Assembly (NCBI GenBank): GCA_004431415.1 | Contig: QPMI01000327.1 | Location: forward strand, 1 to 61,337 | Reading direction: 5' to 3' | Origin: Cyanophora paradoxa CCMP329 | Lineage: Eukaryota; Plantae; Glaucophyta | Length of the DNA: 61,337 bases | Shown: positions 10,524 through 25,913 of the stretch, in pieces | Layout: each line of letters begins with the position of its first letter | Numbering within the stretch: the stretch's first letter is position 1 | Program-made: the position numbers and the translations under genes | The notes under the pieces: model-generated | What the model saw: the letters and a program-made list of their open reading frames with translations, nothing else | What the model was told of the DNA's origin: nothing | The model's database searches: none

Positions 10524-13500
10524 TCAGGCGTGTGCGGGGCGGCCGCGGGAGGGCTTGGGGCGGCGCTGCTGGTGGAGGCGGGGCGGGTGCGGCGGGGCGG
10601 GCGGGGGCGGCCCCGAAGCGGGGCGGCCGGGGCGCGTCGGGGCGCGCTTGGCCTCCTCGTCGGGGCGGGGCGGGAAGCGCCTGGGCGGGGCGGGCCGGGG
10701 CGGGGCGGGCGGCGAAGTGGCGGGCGACGTCGCCGCGGGGGATGTCGAGCTCGTGGCGCGGGCCCTGCAGCGCCCGCACCTTCACCCGGTCCGCCCTGCC
10801 CGCACTCAGCCCCGCCCATCTCGCGTGGCCGCGGGGGGCGCGCACGCGGCGCCCTTGACGACGACGGCGTGGGAGGCGCCGGCGCGCGCCGCCGCCTCCA
10901 GCTGCTCCCGGATGTCCGACGTCTCCGTGTACAGGAACTGCGGCGCGGGCGTGGGCGGGGGCGGGCTGCGGGGCGGGGCGGGGGCGGACGGCGGCGGGGA
11001 GGCCGGCGGCCCAGAGCTCGGCAGCGATGGCGAGGCGGTCCCACGTCGAGGTCGTCACCACGTAGATCGCCCCGTCGCCCTCCCCGGCCCCCGCCGCCCC
11101 CGCCGCCTGACCCGCCCCGCTCAGCGCGACTCGGGGGGGGGGGGGGGGGGGGGGGGGGATGGGGGGGGGGGGCCGGCGGGGGCGGGGCCTCACGTGGGCG
11201 GTCGCTCGGCGGGGGCCGGGCGGTGTGCGCGTGCGCGGCGGCCAGGAGGCGCTCGACGTGCAGCACGAAGCCGACCGCGCGCGGGCCCTCCCCGGCCCCC
11301 GCGCCCAGCCCCGCCCGGGACGGGGCCCCAGGCGGGGCGCGCCGTGCGGAGCGTGGGCGTGGGCGAGGAGCGGGTCGTAGCGGCCGCCCTCCGCGATGAT
11401 CACACCGCCCTTCCGCGCCCCGTGGCCCTCCCGCGCGCCCCGGGCCGCCCCGGGCCGCCCCGCTGGCCTCTGGCCCCCTCCGCCGCCCCCGGGGCCGATG
11501 CGGCGCCAGGGGCCGGTGGCGAGGGGCTCCCGCCGGGCGACGCGGAGGCGGCGGAGGGGAGGAGGAGGGCTGGGGGGTGCCCGGGGCGGAGGCGGAGGAG
11601 ACGGGTGCGGGGGCGCGGAGGGGGCGGGGCGAGCGGGGGCGAGGGGGCGGCGTGGGGGTGGCGGGCGAGGGCGAGGAAGAAGAGGCCCTCGTAGAGGAGG
11701 CCCCCCGCGCCGGGCTCGCCGTCCTCGGGGGCGGCAGGGCGCCCAGGGCGAGGTGGAGGGCCTCGGGGGGCACGAGCAGCGCCCGCGCGTGCTGCAGCAG
11801 CAGCGACAGGTCCCCCACCGCCCGCTCCACCCCCCCCAGCGCCCCTCCCCCTCCTCCCCGCCGCCCCGCCCGCCCCGCCGCCCCCTCGGGGGCCGCGAAG
11901 AGGCCGCGCAGGCGCGGGAGCATCTCCTCGAGGGGGCCCGAGACCGCCGCGAGCGCGAGCCGCTGCAGGACGGCCGGCGGCAGGTCCAGCCCGCCCTGCA
12001 GCTGCCGCCGCACCGCCGACCAGCTCGCCCCCGCCTGGTGCAGCTGCCGCAGCGCCCCCGCCGCCGCCGCCCGCGACTCGGCGCCTCGCAGGCCGGAGCG
12101 GCGCCAGAAGGCGCGCAGCAGGCCCGTGTGGTTAACGAGGATGGTCACCTGCGGGGCGGGCGGGGCGGCTCAGAGCGGGTGGGGCGGGGCGGGGCGGGGC
12201 GGGGCGGGGCGGGGCGCGCCTTGCCGGCCTCGGGAACTCGGAGGCGACGGCGAGGAGCACCGCCAGCGCCTCCGCGTCTGCCCGCCCGCCCACTGAGCGC
12301 GGGGTCCAGGCGGAGAGCGGGAGGGGCGGGGCGCACCGGGGACGAGGGGGGCGGCGGAGGGCGGGGTGACGATGTCGAAGGAGGCCTGGAGGGCGGGGGC
12401 CGGGGGGCCCCGCCCCGGGGCCTTGCGGTAGACGCTGGCGAGCTCGTAGCGCTTCGTGTAGGAGACGCCGTGCCGCACCACCTGCCGCGCGAAGTGCCGC
12501 CGCAGGTCCTGGCCCCACCGCTCCCGCTCGGGCCGGGCCGGCGGGGCGGGGCGGGGCGAGGCGGACGGGGCGGAGGGCGAAGATCTCGCCGTTGCAGTCC
12601 ATGACGAGGGCGGCCCCGTCCTCAGCCTCCTCCGCCCCGGCCCCCGCCCCCCGCGGCTCCAGCGCCGGCGAGTGCAGCAGCGTCGCCCCGTGCCGCTGCC
12701 GCCCGGCCCGCTCGGAGGTGTGCCGGGCGGGCGGCGGGGCGGGCGGGCCGGGGCGGCGCACGCGGAAGACGGCGACGATGGCGTCGAGGGCGCGCTGCCG
12801 CACCAGCGCCTCCGAGCGCGGCACGAAGCGCCCCGCGCCCCGCGGTCCCGCCGCCCCGCCGCCTCGGGGAGCGGCAGCGGGGCGGCGTGGAAGGGGGCCG
12901 GGGAGGCGGCGCGGCCCGGGGCGGGGGCGCGGGGCCGGGAGAAGAGGGCGGCGAGGAGTCGAGCGTGGAGGGAAGACTCCGGGCTCGCCAGCGCCCGCAG
13001 CGCCTCCCGCAGGTAGTCTGCCGCCCGTCACGCCCGCCCAGGCGGCGCCCCCCGGGGCCCGGCCCCCCCGCACCGTCCTCCATCTTGGGGGGCAGGAGGT
13101 CGGACTGGAGCAGCTCGCGCGCCGTCGGCCGCTCCCGCGCCCGCTTCCGCATGCACCACGCCACGATCCGCGCCTGCCCCGCGCTTCAGCGCCGCCCACG
13201 AGGCGCCGGCCCGGGGCGGCGCCGGGGCGGGCCTGCTGGGGGAAGTCGCGCTGGAAGTGGGGCGGGGGGTGCCCGGCCCGCAGGTCCCGCAGCACCGTAT
13301 ACCGCTCGTGGCCCGTGTGCAGCGGCACGCACATCTCGAAGAGGATGATCCCCAGCCTGCCGCACGCCCCCTCCTGTCAGCCGCGTGCAGGCCGCGCGCG
13401 GCGACAGCGTCCGGGCGGGCGGACGAGAAGATGTCGACGCGCTCGTCGTAGAGCTCGGCGCGGCGGCGCTCCTGCTCGGGGGCGCGGTAGAGGGCCGTGC

Positions 13501-16500
13501 CGACCCCCGTCGTGTGCTGGTTCGGGTTGCCCCCGCCCCACTCGTCCCCCGGCGTCCCCGCCGCCTCCGAGGCCGACTCCGAGGAGCTCGAGGAGCCCGA
13601 GCTGCTCTCCCCCCCGCTCCCGCTCCCGGGCCCCTCCTCCCGGGGCCCCCCCCAGCCCTGCGTCGCCAGCCCCAGGTCCCCTATCTGCGCCCCCGCCCCC
13701 CGGGTCGGCCGCTGCCGGGCGGGGGCGAGGGGGGCGGGGCGGGCGGGCCTTGACGTCGCCGTCGGGGGCGATGAAGACGTTCGCCGGCTTCAGGTCCCTG
13801 CCCGCACGCCTCGGCGCCCGCCCGGCGGGGGACATCGGGGGCGGGGAGGACGGGCCTGTGGATGACCCCGCACTTGTGGATGTGGGCGAGGCCCTCGAGG
13901 ATCTGGCGCAGCATGCGCCAGCGCTCCCCGTCCTCGAGGGCCGCCCCCGCCTGCGCCCGCGCGATCACGTCCCCCAGCGTCTTCTCGCAGTACCTGCCGC
14001 CTCCTCAGCAGGCGCGCAGGCCCCGCGGGCCCCCCGCCCGCCCGCCCCCCCGCACTCCATCTGAATGTAGAGGCACGGCTGCCGCTTGGACGACGCCCCG
14101 GCCCCGCTCTCCTCCTCCTCCTCCTCCTCCTCCTCCTCGTCCTCCTCCTCGTCCTCCTCCTCGTCCTCGTCGTCCTCGTCGTCCTCGTCGTCGGCGTCGG
14201 CGTCGTCGCTGTCCGAGCTCCGCGGGGCCGAGGTCGGCTCCTCGAAGGTGATGAGCTTGTCCAGCGAGTCCGTGCCCCACCGGTACTGCTGCTCCCGCCG
14301 CCGCCGGCCCCGCCGCCCGCCCCCGCTGCTGCTCTGCCCCCGGCCCCGCCTGCCCCGCGGCGGCGTCGGGCTGGGCCCTGCAGGGTCGCGTGAGGGGCGG
14401 CGGGGCGGGGAGTGGGCGGAGCGCCGGGGCCGGGGCGGACGGAGGGGGAGGAGGAGGGTGTGGGATCCTCGTCGTCCTCGTCGGAGGCGGGGAGGAGCTC
14501 GCTGCCCTCCCCCGTCTCGATCCAGCAGCTGTAGTAGCGCACGACGTGCTGGTGGTGCAGCCGCGACAGCGCCACCACCTCTCGCAGCTGCGCGCGGGCC
14601 GCCCCCCTCAGCGCCGCGCGGCGGGGCCGGCGGGGCCGGCGGGCGGGGCGGGGCCGGGGGCGCGCCGTGCGGTTGTTGAGCTTCTCGTCGCGGGGGTGCA
14701 GAGGGACCTTCTTGACGGCGTAGAAGCGCCCGTCGAGCTTGTTGCGCGTCTTCACGACCGAGCCGAAGCCGCCCCGCCCCAGCAGCTCCAGCTCGTCGAA
14801 GTCCTGCCGGTACCTCGACGCCGCCCCCGCCCCCTCCCCCTCCCCGCCCCCCGCCCCCGCGGGGCCGCCCGGCGGGGGCGCGAGGGCGGGCATGGGGCTG
14901 CGCAGGAGGAGCTCCTCGGGGCGGGCGGGGCGGGGCCGTCGCGGGCGGGGCGGGGGCGGCGGAGAGGAGGGGGCCGGCGAAGGAGCGGAGGACGCGGCGG
15001 TGCAGCTCCGCCGCGTCCGCCAGCGCCTCGTCCAGCCGCAGCACCGGCGCCCCCGGCCCCGGCGAGGCAGCCCGCCCCGGCACCACCGCCCGGGCCCCGG
15101 CCCGGCTCGCCGCCGGGGGGCGGGGTGCGGGGCGGGCGGGGGGAGGGCGGGGGCGGCGCCGGCGTCGTTGAAGGCGCGGAGGAAGGCGGCGGGGGCGTCG
15201 GGGTCGTGCGGGGCGGCCGCCCGCGCGAAGAAGTGCAGCAGCCGCGCCACGATCAGCTGCTGCCGCTCCTCCGGCCCCGCCCCCGCCGGCCCCGGCCCCG
15301 CCAGCGCCGCCGCCAGCCCCGCCGAGCCGCCCCCGGCCGACGGGCTCCGCTCCAGCAGCGGGTGGGGGGAGAGGATGGGGCGGGGGCGCCGGGGCGGAGG
15401 GCCGGGGGGCGACGGGGGCGGGGCGGAGGCGTCGCGGAAGAGGCCGGGGACGAGGCGGGAGACGACGCTCGCGGCGAGGCTCCCCGCCCGCGACAGGATC
15501 CCCTCCCGCGAGGCCGCCCGCCCCGCCCGCGCGCCTCCTCCTCCCGCTTCCGCCGCGCCTCGTCGCGCGCGCGCCGGCGCTCCTGGCGGGCGCGCCGCCG
15601 CTCCTCCCGCTCGGTGCGCTCGAGGTCGACCTGGCACGCCACGTCGATCCGCGTCTCCCGCCGCTTCCTCTCCTCCTGCGCCCCCGCGCGTCGCACGCGC
15701 GCCACGCCCCGCGCCGCTCCACGCGCACCTCCTCCTGGCGTGCGCGTCGCTGCACCATCTCCTCATCTGCGCGGCGCCCCGCGGCGCTCAGAGCGGCCCC
15801 GCAGGCGAGCGGCGGCGGCGGCCTCACAGAAGGAGACGGTCGGCTCGTTGTGCTGCGGGGCTGTCAGAGGCGGCGGGGAGGGCGGCGCGAGCGGCCGGAC
15901 CTCCAGCAGAAACGCCTTCGCGAGGTTCGCGAGGTCGAACATCATCACCTGCCCCTCACGCTTTGTGGCGGCCTGCGCCCCCCGCCTCAGGCGCGCTCGA
16001 GCCCGGGGCTGCGCGGGTAGCTGCCTCGCGCAAGCGGTTCTGCAGCTCCTGTACCGCCTTGTGCGACAGGCCTCTCACGTTCGTCACCTCGATCGCAGGC
16101 GCGTCGTCCGGATACTCCTGGCCGTAGCTGAAGATGACCGTGGCCTCGCAGTGGTTCCTGCGTGTTGAATGACGCTGGCGCATGGCTTTAAGTGTGCCAT
16201 GTCTGCGAACCTTTCGGACGGCTCGAAGGGCAGCGGAACCAGCTTGAGAGACTGTATGCGATTAGTCCCGCAGGGATCGGACCAAGCGCGGGCGGGCGCG
16301 CACGATTCGATGTCCACGTTCTGTCCTCGACCCGCAGTCCCATGTGACTTCCTCGATCGTGCAGTCGTTGGTGAAGATGCTCGCTAGCGACACGCGCTCG
16401 TTGCTGGCCGCCTCCTCTCGCTCTTCTGCCTCCTGGCGCTCGCGTTGCCGGGAGCGCGCGCTCGCTGGACGCGGCATCGCGCGTTCGTCGAGACGACGGC

Positions 16501-16598
16501 CACGTACGCGGCAAGTGCGCGCCGCGGCGGCGGGTCGTGCAGGCCCCGCCGCCGCCGTTTCAAAAGCCGCGGCCCGTCTGCGTTTCTGCTGCGGCCAT
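10524..16598 (-). CDS. GCN2: eIF2-alpha kinase GCN2 (RWD, kinase with acidic insert, HisRS-like, C-terminal domain)
   Basis: RWD (SYGQEYPDDAPAIEV); SRYRQDFDELELLGRGGFGSVVKTRNKLDGRFYAVKKV; HQHVVRYYSCWIE; LYIQME; QILEGLAHIHKCGVIHRDLKPANVF; TGHERYTVLRDLR; HisRS-like KRYELASVYRK, IIAEGGRYDPLL. Ends are inferred. Confidence 0.93.
11133..11172 (+). repeat. Poly-G run inside a GCN2 intron
   Basis: G26-AT-G12. Confidence 0.85.
14108..14200 (-). repeat. (GAG/GAC)n repeat encoding the Asp/Glu-rich kinase insert of GCN2
   Basis: DDEDDEDDEDEEEDEEEDEEEEEEEEEE just before the PCLYIQME motif. Confidence 0.85.
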
Positions 16599-16649
16599 TC
16601 TCTTTCTTCCTTGAAGTTCCTTCGCGCAGGGGGGGTACGCGCACTCGGC
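16599..16649. promoter_or_regulatory. 51-bp divergent spacer GCN2/bL21 containing GGGGTAC (16632-16638)
   Basis: Head-to-head ATGs at 16598(-) and 16650(+). Confidence 0.6.
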
Positions 16650-17397
16650 ATGCTGCGGCTTGCCTCGCGCGCCGCGGTAGGCGGCCTGCGGGCCGGCATC
16701 GCACCGGCGCGCACAGTAGCAGGCGGGCTCGCCTCCGTGGGCGCGGATTTGAGGGCGGGTGCGTCTCTAATGTCGCTTGGCCCACCATCGTCTTTCACGT
16801 CGGCTTGCCGCGCTCCTTCGATTGCGAACGTGCCTCACGTGTTTGCCGCGCGCAGCGCTTCCGGGCGCCGACGCACTCCGGAGATCGGCCTTCGCGCCCC
16901 CGCGGGCCTTCGCCACCCTTGCAGATTTGGCGCAGCAGAGTGCGGAGGCCAAAGATGACGGCACAGCGGCGGCGAGCACCCGACGGCTGCCGCCCGTCGT
17001 AGCTGAGAACGTCATGACAGCGGAGAAGCTGGCGGCGACGGTGCCGAATGTCGTGACGACGCCGACAATCTTTGCGATCATCGACGTGAAGGGCACACAG
17101 TTCAAGGTGGTGCCGGACGACGTGATCCTCGCGAACAAGATGGAGGTCGAAGTCGGGGAGCACATCCAGATCGAGCGCGTCCTGATGGTCGGGAGCAAGG
17201 AGTTCACGGCGATCGGGCAGCCGGTGGTGAAGACGGCGCGCGTGCACGCCGTCGTGGAGGAGCAGCGGCAGGGCGCCAAGGTGTACAGCTTCAGGAAGAA
17301 GCGGCGAAAGGGCCACGAGCGCCTCCGCGGCTTCCGCGCCCAGATCACCATCCTCCGCATCCTGGGCATCGAGTTCCCCCAGCCCCCCGCAGCATAG
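16650..17397 (+). CDS. RPL21: Organellar (probably mitochondrial) ribosomal protein bL21
   Basis: FAIIDVKGTQFKVVPDD..ERVLMVG..IGQPVV..VHAVVEEQ..KVYSFRKKRRKG..RGFRAQITILRI; Arg/Ala-rich presequence MLRLASRAAVGGLRAG. Confidence 0.9.
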
Positions 17398-17696
17398 CTC
17401 GTCCAATATAACTCCACATCCAGTCCGACATACCACGGGGGAGGGCCGGGCGAGGGCCCTCCCCAAACGGGAGGAGAGCGGGGGGATGAGCCGGGGAGAG
17501 CGCGGATAGAGAGCTGGATAGGCGGGGTGGACGGTCGGCAGCGGGGACGATTGCAGGCGGGGCGAAGGGGGGTCGCGAGGGAGCGTGAACGAAGCGGGCG
17601 TCGGGGCTTGAGGAAGGGCGCGGCTGGGGGCGCGGGGAGGGGCGGGTCGGGGGCGGGGGCGGGGGCGGGGTCACGAGGGGCGCTTGGCGGCGGCTA

Positions 17697-19872
<2,176 letters not shown>

Positions 19873-19991
19873 TTCGTTGAGCCGAGACCAGGCTTCCGGT
19901 GACCCCACGACTTCCGGAGACGCGCTCGAGACGCGCTAGGCTCGCGATCTATCACGTCCAGTGCCAGCCCGCGAGTTGCAACTTGCTGGCA

Positions 19992-19998
19992 GGGGTAC
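19992..19998 (+). promoter_or_regulatory. GGGGTAC in the 187-bp divergent CIPK/CCT7 spacer
   Basis: aggggtacagg. Confidence 0.55.
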
Positions 19999-20059
19999 AG
20001 GCAGAAGGGAGGTGCAGTTCAGGTTCCAGGCAGCGCGGGACACAGGCACAGATTCCAAG

Positions 20060-22426
20060 ATGTCCTACATGCTGGTGCGAACCTTCCGGAATCGGCTTGG
20101 CCGCTCCCGCGCCGTCCGGCGACGTTCTTCCTTCCGCGACTTACGCCTCGCCGCCGCGCAGCAACCCTCGATCATCTTGCTGAAGGATGGCACGGACACT
20201 AGTCAGGGCAAGGCGCAGCTTATTAGCAACATCAATGGTAGGCGCTCGGACGCCGAGCTCGCATCGATTGCTCACGCCTGGACGCCGGCAGCTTGCTGCG
20301 CCGTCGTAGATTGCGTGCGGACCACTCTTGGCCCGCGCGGCATGGACAAGCTCGTACACGACGACAAGGGCAAGGTGACCATCTCGAACGATGGTGCTAC
20401 CATCATGAAGCTTCTGGACATCGTGCACCCGGCGGCGCAATCGCTCGTCGAAATCGCCAAGTCGCAGGACTCCGAGGTAGGGAGCCTTGCCGCTCGCGCC
20501 GCGCTCCCGCGCTGAATGGGACCCAGGTTGGCGACGGCACGACCTCGGTCGTCCTGCTAGCGGGCGAGTTCCTCAAGGCCTGCAAATCGTTCGTCGAGGA
20601 AGGCGTGCACCCGCAGACCATCATCAAGAGCTTCCGGCAAGCCTCGTCGCTGGTAGGTCGCGTCCGCGAGTGGCGCGTGGCGTCCCGCTGAGCGCGGCGT
20701 CCAGGCGACGAAGAAGCTGAAGGAGCTCGAGGTCAGCATCGCCGGGAAGGACGCCAAGTGCGCTGCAGCCCGACGCCTTGCGCCGGCTGTTTCTGACGCA
20801 GCGGCTGCAGGGAGAGGAGGGAACTGCTCATCAAGTGCGCCGCGACGTCGCTGAACTCGAAGCTCTTGAACACGAAGAAGGAGTTCTTCGCGCCGCTCGC
20901 CGTGGACGCCGTCCTCGCGTGCGCATTTCTTCCTTTTCCTTTTCCCCGCCGGCGGCGAGCGGCCGGCGCGCAGCCTGGACGAGGACCTTGACCTGAACAT
21001 GATCGGCATCAAGAAGGTCACGGGTGGCGCCATGGAGGTGCGCGGGGACCCGGCGGGCGGGGCGGGGCTGCGGGCCGGTGCGAGCCGGGGCGCAGGAGTC
21101 GCTGCTGGTGAAGGGCGTGGCGTTCAAGAAGACCTTCTCGTACGCCGGGTTCGAGCAGCAGCCCAAGTCCTTCAAGGACCCCAAGATCGTCCTCCTCAAC
21201 ATGGAGCTCGAGCTCAAGGCCCGCCCCGCGCCGCCCCGCCCCGCCCCGCCCCGCGCGCGGCGAGCGGGCAGCGGGGCGCAGGCGGAGAAGGAGAACGCCG
21301 AGGTGCGGCTGGACGACCCGACCAAGTACCAGTCGATCGTGGACGCCGAGTGGACCATCATCTACGAGAAGCTCGAGAAGATCGTCAAGTCGGGCGCCAA
21401 GATCGTCCTCTCCCGGTGCGCGCGTCCGGCTGCCCGCGCTGCTGCAAGCCGGGCGGCGCTGACGGGGCGGGGCGGGGCAGGCTGGCGATCGGGGACCTGG
21501 CGACGCAGTACTTCGCGGACCGCGGCCTCTTCTGCGCCGGCCGCGTGGCGGACGAGGACCTCAAGCGCGTCGCCAAGGCCACCGGCGGCTCCGTCCAGAC
21601 CACCGTCAACGACATCATCCCCGAAGTCCTCGGTCCGCCCCGCCCGCCCCGCTACCCCCCACGGCCCCGCTGAGGCGGCGGGGGCGGGCAGGCTCTTGCG
21701 GGTACTTCGAGGAGAAGCAGATCGGGGCGGAGCGGTACAACCTCTTCACGGAGTGCCCGCAGGCCAAGTCGACGACGGTCGTGCTGCGGGGCGGCGCCGA
21801 GCAGTTCATCGACGAGGCGGAGCGCTCGCTGCACGACGCGATCATGATCGTGCGCCGCGCCATCAAGTACAACGCCGTCGTCCCCGGGGGCGGCGCCATC
21901 GAAATGGAGCTCTCGAAGCACCTGCGGGAGTACTCGCGGACGATCCCCGGCAAGGCGCAGCTGCTCATCAACGCCTACGCCAAGGCCCTCGAGGTCATCC
22001 CCCGCCAGCTCTCGGACAACGCCGGCTTCGACTCCACCGAGATCCTCAACAAGCTGCGCCACAAGCACGCCACCGGGGGCGCCCGCTTCGGCGTCGACGT
22101 CACGAACGAGGGCATCTGCGACACGTACGAGTCGTTCGTGTGGGAGCCGACCCTCGTCAAGATGAACGCCATCGGGGCGGCGACGGAGGCGGCGTGCCTC
22201 ATCCTCTCCGTCGACGAGACGGTGCGGAACCCCAAGTCGGAGAACCCGATGGACAAGCAGGCCCTCCCCGGCGGCCGCGGCCGCGGCATCTCCCGCGGCG
22301 GCATGGCCGCGTACGCTCCCCCCGCCCCTTGGCCCCGCCCCCTGCCACGCCACCCGCTCACCGCCGCGCAGGATGATGGGCCGCGGTCGCGGCATCCGCG
22401 CCTACCGGGGCCGCGGCGGCGCATGA
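20060..22426 (+). CDS. CCT7: Chaperonin CCT/TRiC subunit eta
   Basis: [25 protein letters not shown]; [11 protein letters not shown]; [10 protein letters not shown]; [18 protein letters not shown]; [26 protein letters not shown]; [13 protein letters not shown]; GRGRG tail. Confidence 0.97.
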
Positions 22427-22873
22427 GCCCGCGCCTCCTTTCCGCCTAGCTCCCCCCGCCCCTCCCGTCCCGCCCCCCTCTCCACTGTCGTCTCACCCTC
22501 TCGAGCGATCCGCAGTGCAAATCTAGTGCGCCGGGCGGGGCGGGGCGGGGAGCGGGCTAGGGGCGGGTGGGCCTAGCTTTGGCCTCCCTCGCGCTGCCGG
22601 TGAAGAGTACTCTATTTTGCACGTCAGTCAGACGCCCCCCGGGGCCTGTTGACCCGAGAAGTCGTTCCAATTCTTGAGGCGCGCGAGGGGCTCGGGTCTT
22701 TGGGTTGCCGGGGCTTCGGGTCCGCCAACGGCTGCAAAGCCTCGGAGTGGAATCTCTTTTACGGACGAGTTTCCGTATACTAGTACTAGTTAGGTTATTG
22801 AGTTACACGAATCACTATGTTTCAGTAGCTAATAAGTGACGTGCCCTTGAAGCGGAGGGCGGGGCCGCCCGGG

Positions 22874-25800
22874 CTAGATGTGGGAGGCGCGGCGGCGGAG
22901 CGGGGGGTCGCTGAGGCGGAGGAAGGGGAGCTCGCCGGGGGCGGGCGACGCCGGCTGCGGCTGCGTCGGGGAGGGCGAGGCGCGCCGGGGCGCGGGGGAG
23001 GTGGCGAGGGAGGAGCGGCGCAGGGGCGGCGCCGGGGAGATGCTCGCCGAGCGCGGCCGGATGACCTCGGGGCTCCGCGGCGCCAGGCTCGCCGCCGTCG
23101 GCGCCAGCAGCCGCGCGGGGTCGCGGCTCGCGCGCCGCCCGAGGTGCGGGGAGGAGGCGCGGCGGGACATGCCGGGGGAGGGGAGGGCGAGGTGCGGCGA
23201 GGCGGAGGCGTCGGCGTCGCGGCTGGAGGCCGGCTCGTCGGTCTCGCGGGGGAGCTGCTTCTGGAGGGAGGGGGCGGCGGAGAGGACGGCGCGGCGGATG
23301 TGGTGCAGGCGGGCGGCCACCCAGTCCCGCGCCGCCTCCTCCACCTGCGTCGGCGCCTTCGCCCGCAGGTCCACCTGCGCCCCGCCCCGCCCCGCCTCGC
23401 CCCCCGCGGCAGGAGGGGGCGGCGGGGGCACGCGCCTGCTCGAGGTGCGTGACCTCGACGGCGCCGCGGAGGCGCTTGATGGCGAAGCCCCAGATGAGCG
23501 TCTTCGCCCGCACGTACCCCGCCGCGGAGGCGGCACCCAGCCCGGCGGCGGCGGCACCTCCGCGCCCGCCGGCGCGGCGACGGAGGCGCGGCGGCCGGCG
23601 GCCGGCGCGCTGGGGGGCTTCGGGAGCGGGCGGTGGCGGGGAAGGGGCCCGGGGAGCGGGCGGCGAGCTCGGAGGGGTCCGGGGGCGAGGCGGCGGCGAC
23701 GATATAGTCGCCGGCGGGGTCCTGCACGAAGCTCGCAAGGAGGAGCGTGTCCCGCGGCCGAAACGTCGCCATCGGTGCCGCGATCGGCACGTACTCGAGC
23801 TGCGCGGGGCGACGGGGTTCAGGCGGGGCGGGCGGCGGGGCTGGAGGGGCCGGGGCCAGGGCCGGGGCCAGGGCCGGGGCCGGGGCCGGGGCCGGGGGCG
23901 GGCGCGGGCGCGGGGGGCGGGCCTTGATGTGGCGAAGGGCGAGGTCGCGGCTGCGGTCCGCCCCGTCGGGGGCCACCTCCAGCCGCGCCACCGCCTCCGC
24001 CCGGGGTCCCACCAGCCCCGCCGCCCCGTGTCCCACACCATCGCTGCCGTCCCCCCGCCGGCCTCAGCGCGGGCGGCGGGCCCGGGGCGGCGCAAAGGGG
24101 CGGGCGCGCCGAAGAGCTGGTCGGCGGAGACGTCGTGCAGCTGCGGGTCGCGTCGGGCCGCGCGTGGCGGCGCGGGGGCGGGGGACTGTCCGCACCTTGA
24201 CGACTGCCTTGAGGAGCGGGGCGCCCTGCACGTGCTTCCCGCTCGGCGGGGCGGGGCGGGGCGGGGCGGGGCGGGGGCGGACGAGGGAGGCGGCGTCCTT
24301 GGCGTCGGGCGGCCGCTCGTACACGGGCGTCCCCTGCGCCGACACCTGCCCCCGCCCCCGCCCTCCGCATCGGCCCCCCGCCGCCGCCCCGCGGGGAGGG
24401 GCGGGGGCGCGCCTTGCAGACGCCCCAGCCGCTCGTGTCGAGGAGCGCCTCGAACCGCTGCCGCACCCGCGCTGCCCCGCCCCGCGCGTCGCCGGCGTTC
24501 ACTCCGCGGGCGGGGCGGGGCGGGGCACCGGCGAAGTCCTTGACGGCCTCGGGGTCCCAGACGGGGCGCTCCTCGGGGCTCCACCCCTCCCGCGCCGCCC
24601 ACGCCAGGGCGCCCCCCGGGCCCGCCGTCGGCGACGGGAGCACCCCGCGCCGCGTCTCCGGCCCGTCCTCGTCGGGCGCCGAGGAAGGCGAGTCCGGGGA
24701 GGCCCGCGGGCCGCCGAGCAGCGTCGGCGTCTCCCGCTCGATCTCCTCGCGCGCCGCGATGAGCTGCTGGTACGGGCTGCCCCCCCGTCCCCCGCGTCGG
24801 GCGCTCCTCCGCGGCGGCGGCGGGGCGGGGCGGGCGCACTGGGAGACGTCGGCGAAGTCGCTCGGGGGCAGGGCGAGCTCCCCGCTCCCCTTCTGCTCCC
24901 GCTCGTCCATCTCGGACGCCCACTGCTGGCGGCTCAGCGGGGCGCGGGGCGCGGGAGGGGCGGGGGGGGGAGCGGGCCTTGAAGAGGCGCTCGGCGACGG
25001 GCATGCGGGCCTGGAGGCCGAGGAGGAAGAGCCCGTGCGCACTGATCGCCTCCACGTCGCTCAGCTGCGGGAACCGCGCCTGCCCGCCCCGCCCGCCCCG
25101 CCCGCCTCGTCACTTAGGCGAAGGCTGAGGCCGAGGCCGAGGCCGAGGCCGGCCGGCGGGGCGCACGTCGGGCTGGATGGTGACGACGACCTCGACGAGG
25201 TTCTTGTGGCGCGACGTGGTCGTCTCGAGGACGCGGGCGATGTCCGAGGCGAAGAAGACCCGCTGCGTCCCCGACTCCGCCACCCGCACCGCCTCCTCCT
25301 CGAACTTGACCGCCCGCCAGCGCCACACCACCCGCTTCCCTGCCCCGAGCGCTTCAGGCCCCGCGGCGCGCGGCGGCGGCGACGCGCGGATACCGTGGAA
25401 CACGCGGAATTCTCTCTCGACGGGCTGCTGCCGGGACTGCTGCCGCGCGAGGGTCTTGCCCCGCGCGATGAGGTTCGCCGGCGTCCCGCTCACGTCCAGC
25501 TGCCGCGAAGATTACACGGCGAGCCGCGAGCCAGCGGGGAAAACTATACGGCGGACGCTACGTACCGCAGACTTGAGCAGGTTCGTCAACTCCCTCTGCT
25601 CGTAGTCGAAATTTCCGCCGTCCAGCAGTGATCGCTGATCCTCCAGCTGCGGCGAGGCGCTCCCGGCCGCCGCGCGCACGGGATTGAATGATACGCGGTG
25701 TAGGGAGGCGGTTGACTGTTGTTGTGCCTCCGCGAGCGACACGTGCGACAGCCGGTGATTGGGGTCGCTAACGCGAATGCGCTCCTTCGTTACTTGCGGG

Positions 25801-25913
25801 TCGCGTGCGTCGATTGGCGCCGGCAAAGCCGGCATTGGCGGCATTGGAACGTCTCCCATCCCGCCGACCCACGAGCTCTTCCGCGACTGCGAGGCTGCTG
25901 GCGTGCTCGACAT
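22874..25913 (-). CDS. START-domain lipid-transfer-like protein with an N-terminal PH-like region
   Basis: GWGVCK..PLLKAVVKV..DVSADQLF..MVWDTGRRGWWDP..FRPRDTLLL..GDYIVAAAS..GYVRAKTLIWGFAIKRL..VEVTHLEQ|VDLR (START pattern); upstream RVVWRWRAVKFEEEAVRV is PH-like. Confidence 0.65.
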
